A DNA stretch of 63,494 bases, counting the filler, from Octopus bimaculoides (Eukaryota), in the NCBI RefSeq assembly GCF_001194135.2. It is 7 parts of 4 records of this genome, joined end to end, with 100 filler letters (N's around TTAATTAATTAA, not from the genome) between each part and the next. Parts side by side here need not be neighbours in the genome. Positions count along the whole stretch, not along the records: positions 1 to 31,076 come from NC_068983.1; 6 more parts are not named here. One strand, written 5' to 3'. Shown here piece by piece: positions 1 to 14,443 of this stretch. Position numbers and translations under genes: made by a program. The first letter of the stretch is position 1. Each line of letters opens with the position of its first letter. The notes beneath the pieces are model-generated. The model ran no database searches and was not told where the DNA came from. It saw only the letters and a list, made by a program, of their open reading frames with translations.

Positions 1-234
1 GTACAGAAGCGACGAGAGGGGGCATCCCTGACGGACCGAACGTCCAATGTCGAAGGGTCTTGATAGATGCCCATTGACGCGAACTACCGAACGGATGCCT
101 CTGTACAAGGCAGCCATCCAGCCGCGGAAAATGGGACCGAAGCCGGCCGCTATGAGGACAGCCTCCAAGTATTGATGGTCTACCCTATCGAAAGCTTTCG
201 ATTGATCTAAATTGATCAGGGCCCCACCCATGCC

Positions 235-235
<1 letters not shown>
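1..235 (-). mobile_element. Tx1/L1-clade LINE reverse transcriptase fragment (5'-truncated, continues beyond window start)
   Basis: Minus strand translates to [78 protein letters not shown], with RT motifs KAFDRV and RQGCPLS. Homologous to 61797-61996. Confidence 0.9.
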
Positions 236-296
<61 letters not shown>

Positions 297-352
297 TGAT
301 AGATAGATGGAGAGATAGATAGATAACCAGACAGATAGATAGATAGATAGAT

Positions 353-387
<35 letters not shown>

Positions 388-403
388 CACACACACACAC
401 ACA
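236..403. repeat. (TAGA)n then (CA)n microsatellite
   Basis: Directly visible; abuts the 5' truncation point of the LINE fragment. Confidence 0.95.
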
Positions 404-2769
404 TGCAGCGTGGAGCCATTAACTCACACAATTGCTCACATGTGTTATAGAGTATATGCTGTCAAAACCAGAATGATATTATCTCTATACGCACTGAATG
501 ACAGAATCGAGTTATTATTTACTTTCTTATCTTTTAGGTATTTGACAAATTATTGTCACTATGACATATTCTCAGCGAAAGAAATACTGCTGAGAATGTA
601 TTTTCTTTTTTCTCCTATTCTATTTTAGAATGTATGCATATTATTTTGCTTACATATTTCCCTGCTCACACATACGTAGCCCCTCGCAGCTAACCACGAA
701 TTTGTACTTAAATTCGTGATAATTACAGTTTATATACATAGAGAAATCACAGACACGTATACATAGGTTCGTGTGAGTGTGTTGAATACGTATGTGAGTT
801 ACTTGTCATCCATCATCGTGGTTGATATGTATCAGTATTCCGACTGTCGTCTGCAAGTATGTTCCAACTGTCTTGTTTATTAGATATATTTTGTCTTCGA
901 AGTTTATGGCATTGAAGCCAGCATTGCTAACAATCGATGACAATTGAAATAAGATTAAGATCTCTAAGATGTTATATTGTTATATATCTGGGCTTTAATT
1001 CTAATTTAGTTAAGTTTAACATCTTTAAGCTATTATACTGATACAACTCTGGGTTATAATTGTCATTGTTTATCCTTATGTAAACTGATGTGTACTCATA
1101 AGTGTTCCAATCGTACTTCTTCCAACTTCAAACTACACACATTGCATCCTGGACTACACTACGCAATATGCACTTGAGCATATATGACAGTAGTGTTAAT
1201 CTAAAAGAGAATAGGAGAATTTGGTACCTATTTCGCGTAGTCTGAAATGTTATATGGCATCTACAACTTTATCTGGTACAATTCTAGATTTATTTACACC
1301 GCTTCAAATATAATTTGGGCGTAATCTGTGTTCCATAGATTGAACGAATATATGGAGTCTCTTTATTGGATAGGTTAATGGAAGGTTTGCTAACATTTGC
1401 CCAAATACACCAATTGCTACTTTATCTGCTGCGATACTCGACAACATTACTTAGTTGTTCCCGGCGATATGTGCCTGATGATTTTTTACTTTAGTATACA
1501 TAAAGTAATTTATGCACCTTTCAGTTGCTCGAAATACTGTTATAGTGAAAAGTTGTTAATAAAATATATCAGGTAGTCAGACAGGGAACTGATGAATCCA
1601 TATTTCGTCTGCACACATCATTGATAGAAAAACACTTGCAGCCCATCGTTCTGATGGCTTAAGCACTTCATTTTCTATCGCCAAATATTTGGATTTGAAA
1701 ATATACACTATCAGTTACGTAGAGGTCAAAGAAGGGACATATTCGATTAAAATGTGTGTATTTTGTAGAACAAAGGGATATGTTGTACAAATATATTTTG
1801 CTAGCCTGCAGTAATAAGTTCAGTTACTTTTACTTTGAAGCTCTCATATATAAAATCATCCAAGTTCTGAGTATTCTATTTTAGACAGTAATCTAAATAT
1901 TCTCTTCATACACTTCATCAAGTGATATAGAACAATATAAATGGTAAGGAAACATTATTCATTGAAAGGTGGTTTTAAAATTGCGATTGTGAGAATATCT
2001 TTTCCATATGAGTATTTTATCAATCCTACAAGTTTGAAGGATAATATTTCCTTCCATAAATAATACGGCTTTTGTGATGGAAACTGAAAAATATTAAATA
2101 CTAGTTCTTTGTTTTATCGGTCATAAAGCTAAAAGCACAGATATTTGGGTTAATCCAGTGGATGCTTGATTATGTATATGCTGTTCACTGGATATACTAA
2201 AAAATTATAAAGATGTGATAATGGAGTAAGATAGAATACAGGAAAATCAAAATAAAGTAGAATGAATTGGTCAAAACAGGCACACTAAAGCAAAAGAATA
2301 AATAAATAAAATAAAGTAACCTTGCTAGAATGATCATAAGGAATTGACAGCGGTGCCTGTAGATCAGAAATGAAGCTGATGAGAGCTCGTTCGAGGTGAC
2401 GAACATACAACCTGCGCATGCATTTAAAGACAGAATAAGAGGGATTTCGATTCCGAAATAAAACTGAAACTTCTATAAAAAAAAAACAGAAAAAATAGAC
2501 GTAAGATAATATACGATCTCATCAAAAAGACCATGAGATAATGGTGACTGGGATATCCCTGATCTTAGATCTGCTCCATAAGGGAAAAGATCAACAACAA
2601 CCTAGACTAAAACGACTCAAATAAAGTAAGATGATGAGCGTGCATGGAGAACGGTAATTTTTAATTATTTATTTCTTTTTACTTATTTATTTTTATAGAA
2701 TAGTGACATGCCTGAGAGTAATTTGCTAACATATGATGATAAAGTTAGTATATATTTAGTTTTTCTTTC

Positions 2770-2925
2770 TACTGTAGTCACAAGGGCAGAAATTTTTTGG
2801 TAGGGGTTTAGTCAATTACATCGCTCCTAGTGTCAGCTGTGATCTTTTAGTTGACCCAAAATGGATGAAAGGCAACATAAATCTCGGCTGATGGTTCTGC
2901 AAGCTCAGCGTTTTGCCACCTTACC
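2770..2925 (-). mobile_element. Degenerate SINE family A fragment
   Basis: Reverse complement resembles the 3' half of the copy at 35512-35725 (ggatgaaaggc, gaaattttttgg, cacaagggc). Confidence 0.5.
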
Positions 2926-2939
2926 CCTTTTCTTATCAC

Positions 2940-3070
2940 GCTGCCGAGATCGACTTAGCCTTTTATCCTACCAGGTTCGATGAAGTATATACAAGTTTAG
3001 TCCTCAGGTTGTTGTAATCGACTAGACTCCTCTCCCAAAATTTCAGGCCTAGTTCTTAGGTAGAAATGAT
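2940..3070 (+). mobile_element. Degenerate SINE family A fragment
   Basis: gccgagatcgacttagccttttatcc...aatcgactag...cccaaaatttcaggcc matches 35590-35725. Confidence 0.55.
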
Positions 3071-3280
3071 TTCGCTTCTTCAATATGTCAAAAACAATAT
3101 ACATTAGAATATAAAAGTGAAGTATCCGTCCGTTAATATCGTTTCTACATCAGAGATTAACAACGGTCACTAAGTTTAGTCGCAGATTTGAATAAATTAA
3201 GAATTGTTTTAGCACATCATTCATACTTCACATCTATTAACATATTCTTACAAGACGCGTTCATGATTTGATAATTGCAA

Positions 3281-3425
<145 letters not shown>

Positions 3426-4434
3426 TGCTTTAATCTCAATAAACGTTATAGTTATATACCAAATAACTACAGTGGACATTCAAGTTTACTTTCTGAATAT
3501 TTCAACTTGAGTAGAAACGACTTACAATTATCTGGTAATGACTGAACTGTCTACAAGCCTGAGGCTATTTGTTGTTGATTTTGCTAGAGTTATTCCTGTT
3601 GATGTTCCTTAACTCCACACCAGCATTGATCAATCGGACACATTATTTACACCAGTGCAACATGATCATCCCGTCACTTTTGGGGACTATATTTGTTCTA
3701 TCTAACCAAATAATCGTTTGGTTTGTAATATTGTGGAGTGTGATTTCAGGTATATTGTCTTACTGTTCTTAGTAAACCGTAATTAATTATGCAAAGACTT
3801 TCATAAATAGTAAAAAACTTAATGAATATACATTATTTGGTGTTATACGTACCTGTACATATTGGCTGTTTTAAAATATGGTTAACTGCTGATAGTTAAA
3901 AGACCACAGTACAACTCAGGTGCTGAGATCAGAAATATTCTAATCGTTACGTAGTTTGCTTTCTTCATCGAAACTCGTTAAAAAATTTCAATCTTCAGAG
4001 TAAAAGATCATTATTTAACGACTATATAGAAAATTTTAGTTGTTATCTATTTCATGAAAACAACATTAAGTATAAAAAATACATGTGAAAACCTAAAGAA
4101 TAGAAATCGTCAAAGAGATATATTTTCATAGATAGAGAAACCCTACAGGTAAAAAAAAGGCATAGATTACATTCAATTAAGAATTTATTTGAAAAGGCAA
4201 CGCTGAATAAAGACGTACAACATTATATTGATTGGCATTAGATTAAGCTATCTATAAGCTATGATTTTTCACGCATAAAGAATGAGGTTCATGGAAAGTT
4301 TATATCCAATTTATTCAAAGATACATTTAATAAAATACTATAAGTTTTCTCAAGAAGAGAAAGAATGCACACATATACATATACATACACGCACATGCTC
4401 ACATATACACATATATTACATATGTATACAAGTG

Positions 4435-4500
<66 letters not shown>

Positions 4501-5242
4501 TATGTATGAGCATATATTTTGGAAAGTGTAGCGATGTTACTGGTATAAATTATAGAAGGGATCGTTAGAGATTGCAGCCATTGACGTATTACTTTACAAT
4601 CAATACTAAGATGCCTCGGGTCTTGAGTTTAGCTCTTTTTAGATTCTTTTTCTTTCTTCGGCATTACTAACAACTTATTTAGTTTGGTTACTGTTGTATT
4701 TGGAACTGATACCTTCTATTCACACCCAGTCAATTAACATTCTTATTGGATAATTTATCCTGAAAACTTTATCCAATACTCGTGTATTTTGTAGATTAGA
4801 CACAGTTCTTGTTGAAGGAAGGAAATGATGTGGTACTTACTAACATATAAATAAATAACATTCGGATTATTTTCACTTCTCTTTTCATCCTATTTTTCTC
4901 AAAGATATTTTAAAGTATAGCAGATGCTATCAATATTTCCCAAGAGGATTGTTAATTTCTTGTGAAATAGTGTAATGTTGTATTTAACGTACAAAATGGA
5001 GATTAGCAGGTGCATATACCTAATACTTCTATGAGACACGTTTAGCTGAGTCATTTTTGATCTCGTCCTCGTTGGATATTGAGGCGTATATAGTGTTTCT
5101 CAATTTCACAGTTTCGTCTTGTTTTTTCCTCTCGTTTCAAAATTGATTACTTATGTTTCTATCGTAAATGACTAAATTTTGTTTATACACATAACACTAT
5201 CCATAATTCATGACAAATGAGTCTCATTGTTGCCTTAAATTT

Positions 5243-5323
<81 letters not shown>

Positions 5324-8133
5324 ACATATATATGTACATATATATGTATGTGTGTACATATGTGTATGTATATATGTATATGCTCAATGCTCAAAATGAG
5401 TAGATAGACAGCCAAGAGCTGATGAACGGTCGTTCTTTGTGTTACTTGTCCTGTTTTCCATTTGCTTGTCTCGTTGTTTGCGTATTGAACTCCATTTCTT
5501 TCGTATTTCATCACTGAGAGAGATTGAGTGAGAGTAATAGCAACGAGAGAAAGGAAGTGACAAAGAGTGTGTCGTGTATCTTCTATTTTTTCCCGTAACA
5601 ACAGATGAATGAAAGAGGAGATAAAAAAAAGGTAGAAAGGCCTAGAAGAAATAATGGTTTCTGATTTAGGAACAAGGCTAGTAATTTGAGGGGAATCGAT
5701 ATCGTTGTTATCAATAATTGAATAATAGGTTATCGAACACGGAAGGATGAATGCAGAGTTGATTCCGATCGGATTTGAACTCAGAACGCCAAGAAACAAA
5801 ATACCGCACTTCTTTTATGTTTTGAATGACGTTGTAACGATTTCCCCAGCTCACCGCAAACAAATGGTGAAGATAATGTAATTTCTCAGGAAAATATAAT
5901 ATAATATTCGAACGAGAGTAAAGTAAAAACATAAAACAATTATTGTTGTAGATGATATAGTTACTTCATGTTTGAAATTACTATTGTGACAAAATATATT
6001 TTATTTAACATCTCTAGGCGAGCAGAGAGACGGAGGGTAATAATCATGACGGTATATGACATTGTCTATAAAATATCACTAAAAATTCCTTGAAACTATT
6101 GTTTGCTGCCTGCTATAGAACAGTTATCTTCTAATAACACCTCCAGAGTATATCTCTGTAATCATCGTATAGCAAATATGATTATTATAGCGTATTAATA
6201 ATAATGCAGGTAATCTCCATTTGCTTGAATGATGCAGTCTTTCTGAAATAGCCAATTTATTTCGTTGCATAATGTAAGGAGGTATAGAATGGTGTATAAT
6301 CAATGACGAAATAGCGAGATGTATAGACGTACAATTATTAAATGAGCGCCAAATCAAGTTTGTGTCTTTTTTGATATTTATAGTATCTTGAAATTGAGAA
6401 ACTCCGTTACCTGAAACTGAGAAGAACTGATCGTTATATTGAATGATGTAACAAGGATTATTTTAGACGAGATAGTTTTAATTATATCATATATCCTTCA
6501 TGATCTAGTTAGGTCCATGATTGTGACCAGTTATTCATGTTTATGAACCTAATTTTCTATTCCTAGCATGTTATCGAATATTCATGTAAATTATATAATT
6601 AGAATAACAGCTTCGTGATTCAGGCTCGTAAACTATCATCTTATCTTGGTGAAAGTAATAGGAGCCTTCCATTGAGTGGTTTCGATGCTAGTGGTGTTGC
6701 TGGTACCATATGCGAATCAATTCGCCATTTTTTCTTACATCCAAACGAGAAAATATGAACACTCTCAGTTAGAAATAGCAGCTAAATATCCCCAGATTAC
6801 ATCCTACATTAGATAAAAGAAAATCATGTTCGATATTGTACAGCTCCGAGTAACAAAAGATAAATGGGAAATTCGTTGAGCACTTGAGTCCTACACCTGC
6901 TCGACTACTTCAGACACAGAAACAAGCTACAGCAACGGCAGCGACGCGTTGAACAATGTTAGAAAAATAGAAGACAGGAAAAGTCAAATAGAAAGAGGAA
7001 GAATTTAATATAAAAGAGCTGACTGATATTACTTAGTAGCACAATATTTTCTTATAACAATAATAATCGCTTAAACTCTATTCCATTATACATTTCCAGC
7101 GACTTTTGTTTAGGTTATGTCAAATTTTGCAAAACTAATCGAAATGTAATAATCCTTTCTCTATACACTTTGACGTTTATTCAATAAATTTATATTTATT
7201 ACTGTATGAAATGAAGCAATGTGATGATACTTCTAGGGTTAAGTCTGTGTGTTAGAGATAATTGAAAATTAATGAAATTATTGTAAAATGGCCAAAAATT
7301 AAATCTCACCGGGGAATATTCAGCAAAAAGTATATAAATGTTGATATTTGTTTGGTTATTTTGGTTTCCAAGTAATATGCAACTTTTCTTTCGCATCACT
7401 GAATTTTGGCGAATTCCTACTTACAAATATTTAATCATGTTTCGTAAGCTAAGGATAGCCGGAGATAAACATGATTCATTGGACACGATCTGCCAAAAAT
7501 AGGTAAAGAATGGAAAGCAAACTAAACGATTTATTGTTAGATTAACTTAGAGAAGATTTCCAGTTGAGTTTCTATTGGATCTTGGCATATTTTAGCATTA
7601 TTGATTTCAGGTTTCCCTATAATACACGTCAGATCCGATAAGTTTAAGTATGTCTGATAAACTTCATTGTGACTTGAGACTAGTTACTTTCTGAGACCAT
7701 GGAATAAATAGAAACAGCGAATATGTGGATAATAGCAGAGAAAGGTAATGGTACAATGTTTACATTGAGAATCAGATCGATTCACCTTGACACAAATTTG
7801 TAAAAATAGTTTGATATTAATGGACACGAACTGGAGAGAATTATTACAAGAGAACGATAGCTTAAATCAATATCAGTTTTGATACAGATGTACACTCATA
7901 TATATATANNNNNNNNNNNNNNNNNNNNNNNNNNNNNNNNNNNNNNNNNNNNNNNNNNNNNNNNNNNNNNNNNNNNNNNNNNNNNNNNNNNNNNNNNNNN
8001 NNNNNNNNNNNNNNNNNNNNNNNNNNNNNNNNNNNNNNNNNNNNNNNNNNNNNNNNNNNNNNNNNNNNNNNNNNNNNNNNNNNNNNNNNNNNNNNNNNNN
8101 NNNNNNNNNNNNNNNNNNNNNNNNNNNNNNNNN

Positions 8134-8170
<37 letters not shown>

Positions 8171-9095
8171 TATAGCAATGCTGCGGAATATTATAACAGG
8201 ATTATGTTTGATATTGAGGATTATTGCTTAATACAGCCATGTCAAAGAATATATTATATATGTATAAAGAGGTTTACATTATATTTGGTATTGTATATTT
8301 ATATATTTCTTTTGCTATCAGATTTTCCACATTTGAAGTCATATAATATAAACAAATATCAATATGGTTTCCTTTCTTTCCTTTCTTTTTCTATTACTGC
8401 GGTTTCTCTGCAGAATTATAATTAAAATACGGAACCTGGTCTTAAAATATTCTAATATTTTGTTATGATCCAGACAAAGAGAAATTGCTGACGTTACATT
8501 CTAGCATGCTGAGTTTATTGTGAAGTAAAGAAAACTTTGATTGATAACAATTTTATTATGGTTTCATTTTCCACCTGGTAATTTAGCCATACACTACACG
8601 TATCAAAAGAGAATTTGTAAGAGGTCATTCGACCTGCTAGAGATATCAGGGAAAGCTCTCACTAAAAACGGAAATGCACCTGAACTAATGTCTTCCAAAC
8701 TAAGACGTTAAACTGTACAGTGTGACGAAGCTTCACTTCGGAAGTTCAGAAATTTTGAGGAGTATATAGTTAATGTTTAGCTGCCATTACTTCCGGCTAT
8801 CTTCTAGACGGGAGTGGTAATGCTCAGTTAATTGTATCAAATAGGAGAATATAGTCCTGTACTAGAAGAGAACTGGCATTTAGACATGTGTCACACAGAC
8901 CTCTTATACTGCTAGTGAGGAGACATGCTATGAGATCATGTGAACCCGTCATCGCTGTGCATTCAAAGAGCAGGCGACAAGCATTGTACACTGTATATAA
9001 AACAGTATAATGCAAAGGGAAACAACTCACGTACCTTTCCTAAAATTTACGAATCCTTACAATTTGGCATGCCTGCCCATATACGTATATCATAT

Positions 9096-9148
<53 letters not shown>

Positions 9149-9311
9149 AACTATATGGTTAGCAGCGACAAAGACAGTAAAAAGAAAAGCAACAACAACG
9201 AACATACGAAACAAAGTTATGTGTAGTCATTCAAACTACAATAACGCAGATGAGGCTCAAATGTGTCAAAAATAAATAAATGAACGCAATCATCAACAAA
9301 ATCTTCAGTGA

Positions 9312-9350
<39 letters not shown>

Positions 9351-11094
9351 ACCGTTACGTTATAATATTATGAAATATATACTTCCGTATAATGTGTTAA
9401 GTGAAAACAGGTTACCACAACTGAATTAAGTAGTGGTTTTAGCCAACAAATTCATAAATGTTATCTTATTTCCTCTCTTGGCTTAACAAAAATATGTTTT
9501 TAATTACTTTACACTCCATCTATCTGCTTACAACCACCCTAGACAACCACTCTGATTTAGGTTAGCAAATTTTTGGCCTGTTTCATCTTTACCGAATCTC
9601 TTAAATTACTTTTATTGCGTTGCAGCTTCTAAACATTTAATTTTATTATTCTCTAGCATATCGCCTTCTGTGTGCTTCTCAAATATAAATCTATATTTAC
9701 CACACATCGAAGCTACGTGGTTTAAAGTTCAGTCCCATTGTGCTTCGTATAGACTCTCACCAACGAAAATTTCCTAAGTGAAATTTGGGAGATAAAAAAA
9801 AAAGCATTTGAAAACCCATCGCAGTGATCAATTCTGGGATTTTACTTAAGGTCCTATACGTTTAAGGTGGTCCAGTAAGCGACGTCGCCTATTAGAGAGG
9901 GGTGGGAGATGGTGTGCTGTAAAACGGTTGAAAGGAAGCCGTTTCTAGCTGGCTGTATATATATATGGGCATTATGTCTGTGTGTGTGTGTGTGTGTGTG
10001 TGCGCGTGTGCGTGCGCATATAAAACTGTAATAAATTTTATTGCACCATATTTGGATTTCTTAGCAAACAGCAAACATCAGTAACATGTTTTAAGGTAGA
10101 AGTACCATAATTTATGCCAAACTGAGCAACAATTACTAATTAATTCAGTTCTTTTGTCTGCGATCATCCCTTGTTTCCTCAACGTCACATTTCTCGAGTT
10201 TCACATTACTGTATATCATTACTGGTTATTAATCAATATTTACTATTGTATATTATGTCCACATTGGATTATTATTAGACTTTTATTCTAACGCATTGAA
10301 TGAAGCTTATTTGAAGATATGAATACATAATTGAATATATTCAGAATAAAATTATTTAACGTATTTAATGTATCGAGGTGTTGTGATAGCGGAGAACTAT
10401 TTCATCGCTTCCGACAGTGTTCAACATATCTGAAATTCAAATGAATTGTTGTGGAAATATCTCTCATGTAGTTAAAATTATGGCGGCCGGTAGAAGAGAT
10501 TAAGATTTAATTAGGGTAAGTTTTATAACTACTTGAATACGACGGTAAGTTTAAAGAAAAGAGAGATGAGCAGAGAGTGTTGTTTTTGTATGTGTATATA
10601 TGTAAGTGCGTGTATGTTTATGAAATGAAGAACGGAAAAGAGGTAAGAGAGGAAAAGAGAGATACAGAGAAAGTGAGAAAAGCGAACACATCTGATTCAC
10701 TGCTCTTTCACTTTGGTCTCTAACAAAAGGTTTACGTATTGCTAATGAGCTGCAGATGTTAACATGTAGTCTGAACGTTCTTATGATAACACTTATTATT
10801 TGTACTGTTTGAAGGATGTGGTTGGTAAAGCGTTGAATTGGCAGTTATCTCAATGTTATTGGATAGAATTTCTCGGCTCTCTGTGTTTTTAATTTATATA
10901 CTTTCGAGGTCAAATTTACCATTCATAAAAGTGAGCTTGATAAATAAATTACAATCATGTATTGGCGTCTAAGTGAAACATAGCGGTTGGTAAAGCGTAG
11001 GAGTAACGGTATGGTTTAAGTGATTGTATAACATCCCTGGCTCTCTGAAGTTCCTGGTTCAAAATACTATCAAGGCAAACTTTATCATTCGTAA

Positions 11095-11495
11095 TGTTGT
11101 TGGCACTCCGTCGCTTACGCCGTCGAGGGTTCCAGTTGATCCGATCCACGGAACAGCCTGCTCGTGAAATTAACGTGCAAGTGGCTGAGCACTCCACAGA
11201 CACGTGTACCCTTAACGTAGTTCTTGGGGAGATTCGGCGTGACACAATGTGCCAAGGCTGACCCTTTGAATTACAGGTACAACAGAAACAGGAAGTAAGA
11301 GTGAGAGAAAGTTGTGGTGAAAGAGTACAGCAGGGTTCGCCACCATCCCCTGCCGGAGCCTCATGGAGCTTCAGGTGTTTTCGCTCAATAAACACTCACA
11401 ACGCCCGATCTGGGAATCGAAACCGCGATCCTATAACCACGAGTCCGCTGCCCTAACCACTGAGCCATTGCGCCTCCGCGGACATTGCGCCTCCA
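11095..11495 (-). mobile_element. tRNA-derived SINE family B, full length
   Basis: Pol III A/B-box-like head on minus (ggaggcgcaatggctcagtggttaggg...tttcgattccc). Body near-identical to 18989-19365, with a (CAA)n tail. The first ~12 nt are duplicated at 11483-11494. Confidence 0.85.
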
Positions 11496-12308
11496 CCATT
11501 CGTAATAGTGATGTTGATAAAGAAAATACCAGCCAAGTACTGAAACCCATTCTTCGCCCTTTCTTTGGAGTTAGTTACGTTGTCTTGTAGAATACCACTC
11601 ACAGTGTTCCAATTGAAAAGAGTAATGTATACCAATTCAAAGGAAAAATGTATACCAATGAAACCATCCGAAGACTTAACAATGAGAAAGATAACACGGA
11701 AGGGCAATAAAGATAAGCAATAGATACGCAGTAAAGATAACCAACGTTGGAGGTTAGCAGATCATTTAATGATAGAATGATGTAAAATGTACTTAGTTTC
11801 ATTCAAGTTACATTCGTTGTTCGAATACCGATAGGGTGGGCTTCAAATTTCAATCTGCCTTGGACGGAAACTATATACCATTAACATATATTTGTGTCAG
11901 AATAATCAATGATTTCTATCTTCCATATGCCTGGCTATATCAAAACGATTATTTCTATTATAATAGAAATAACGTATTTGTATAAAATCATGCTAGACAT
12001 TAAAAGTGTTTTCTATAAGGGCAATATTGTATGTATTCTCTGGCTCTTGGCTATTAAATTTACTATGTGAAATGCTTTGCAATATGAATAAAAGCGTAAT
12101 GAAGTGGTCAGCACTTAAACAATTATATATTTACTCTGTATTAGCGGCATCGGTGTTTATACAAATACCAATTACAAGAAAGACTCATTCCGCTAATATC
12201 ATATAAGTGTAACACTCGATGAGAGCTAACCAATTCATTACGTTTATATTAATAGTGTTTTCCATTTTGCCACAAAGAGCTAAGCCAATATATATGTACA
12301 CACACACA

Positions 12309-12354
<46 letters not shown>

Positions 12355-12754
12355 NNNNNNNNNNNNNNNNNNNNNNNNNNNNNNNNNNNNNNNNNNNNNN
12401 NNNNNNNNNNNNNNNNNNNNNNNNNNNNNNNNNNNNNNNNNNNNNNNNNNNNNNNNNNNNNNNNNNNNNNNNNNNNNNNNNNNNNNNNNNNNNNNNNNNN
12501 NNNNNNNNNNNNNNNNNNNNNNNNNNNNNNNNNNNNNNNNNNNNNNNNNNNNNNNNNNNNNNNNNNNNNNNNNNNNNNNNNNNNNNNNNNNNNNNNNNNN
12601 NNNNNNNNNNNNNNNNNNNNNNNNNNNNNNNNNNNNNNNNNNNNNNNNNNNNNNNNNNNNNNNNNNNNNNNNNNNNNNNNNNNNNNNNNNNNNNNNNNNN
12701 NNNNNNNNNNNNTATATATATATATATATATATATTCAAATACATGGAAAACTC

Positions 12755-13825
12755 CGCTGCGAATATTCCATGTATCGTGTGTTTGTCCATATTCCCTGCC
12801 CGTTAAGTTTTCGTCTAGTTTCCCATTTGCTCTGATTTCGTCTAACTTTTCCTCCTTGATGTGTTCTCTCTGTTCAACCATGTTTGTTTACTTTATTATA
12901 AAAAATATTATTCTTTGAATATTTATTGTTCGACTCTTTACTCTCTTTACTCTATCTTTTTTACCACCTCTACTCTTACTCTGTCAAATTCCGCCCTTGT
13001 TTGCCTCTCTAGTAACTTTCTCTTCTCATTCTATCTCTCTTTCTTTCTGTTCTCTATCCTTCCGCTCCCACTCTTTCCCTCTTACTCTATATCTTTCCAC
13101 CTCTACTCTAACTCTAACTTTTCACCACTCTTATCCACTCTTTTCATCCTTGTTTACCTCCCTTGTATCTTTTTCTTCTCTTTCACTCTATTTCTCGTCT
13201 CCCTCTTCTCCTTCGTCCTATCTCTCTCTCTTTGTATCCTATTCTTTCCCTCTCTCTCTATACTTCCTCTTCCCTACCACGTGACCGGTGTCCGGGGAAG
13301 GTGGTGCTGTTTTTATTCGCCCTGCCTTTGTCAACATTGGGCATGCTGCTTTGGGATCCTGCTACGTCCATTAGGACTTACTCCATTTTACCCTGCGCAG
13401 ACCCACTAAGTTTGTTTGATAGCGACAAAGCTCTTTCTGTTGTATTTGTGGTATTGGTATAATAATTATCTTTTTCTTCAGTTGTATACAGCTGTAAGGC
13501 TTCGTGCTCTTATTTATGCAAAATTCTTCGTCTGTTGTATTTATATAATGTCTTGTTTCCTTCTGCGTCATTATACATTCGCTAGCTTTTTCCCAGTAGC
13601 TTAATAACAAACAGCATTGGTGCCTCCAAGATTGATTGGTCTCGATGATAATAGCGCGAAACCACGATGATATTTTGGCTCATTGACTAACGAGGAAAAT
13701 TCAGCTGCGAATATTCCGTGTATCGTCTTTGTCTATATTCCCTGTCTGTTGAGTATCCGTCTAGTCTCCCAATTGTTTTGCTTTCGTGTAACCTTTCTCC
13801 TTGTTGTGTTCTTTCCGTTCAACTC
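12755..13825 (+). mobile_element. Non-coding element bounded by ~120-bp diverged direct repeats (pLTR-like, probably Penelope-related)
   Basis: 12755-12875 is similar to 13703-13825 (gctgcgaatattcc.tgtatcgt...). They enclose a CT-rich tract, CCACGTGACCGGTGT and hammerhead-half-like motifs. Confidence 0.5.
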
Positions 13826-14443
13826 TTGATATATATATATATATATATATATATNNNNNNNNNNNNNNNNNNNNNNNNNNNNNNNNNNNNNNNNNNNNNN
13901 NNNNNNNNNNNNNNNNNNNNNNNNNNNNNNNNNNNNNNNNNNNNNNNNNNNNNNNNNNNNNNNNNNNNNNNNNNNNNNNNNNNNNNNNNNNNNNNNNNNN
14001 NNNNNNNNNNNNNNNNNNNNNNNNNNNNNNNNNNNNNNNNNNNNNNNNNNNNNNNNNNNNNNNNNNNNNNNNNNNNNNNNNNNNNNNNNNNNNNNNNNNN
14101 NNNNNNNNNNNNNNNNNNNNNNNNNNNNNNNNNNNNNNNNNNNNNNNNNNNNNNNNNNNNNNNNNNNNNNNNNNNNNNNNNNNNNNNNNNNNNNNNNNNN
14201 NNNNNNNNNNNNNNNNNNNNNNNNNNNNNNNNNNNNNNNNNNNNNNNNNNNNNNNNNNNNNNNNNNNNNNNNNNNNNNNNNNNNNNNNNNNNNNNNNNNN
14301 NNNNNNNNNNNNNNNNNNNNNNNNNNNNNNNNNNNNNNNNNNNNNNNNNNNNNNNNNNNNNNNNNNNNNNNNNNNNNNNNNNNNNNNNNNNNNNNNNNNN
14401 NNNNNNNNNNNNNNNNNNNNNNNNNNNNNNNNNNNNNNNNNNA

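Noticed and set aside
2376-2405. CTGATGA followed by CTC-GTTC-GAG
   Set aside because: No GAAA and no stem I, so not a hammerhead.
11400-11480. tRNA-like sequences here and at 18995, 50747 and 53520
   Set aside because: They are SINE heads lacking a complete cloverleaf, not tRNA genes.
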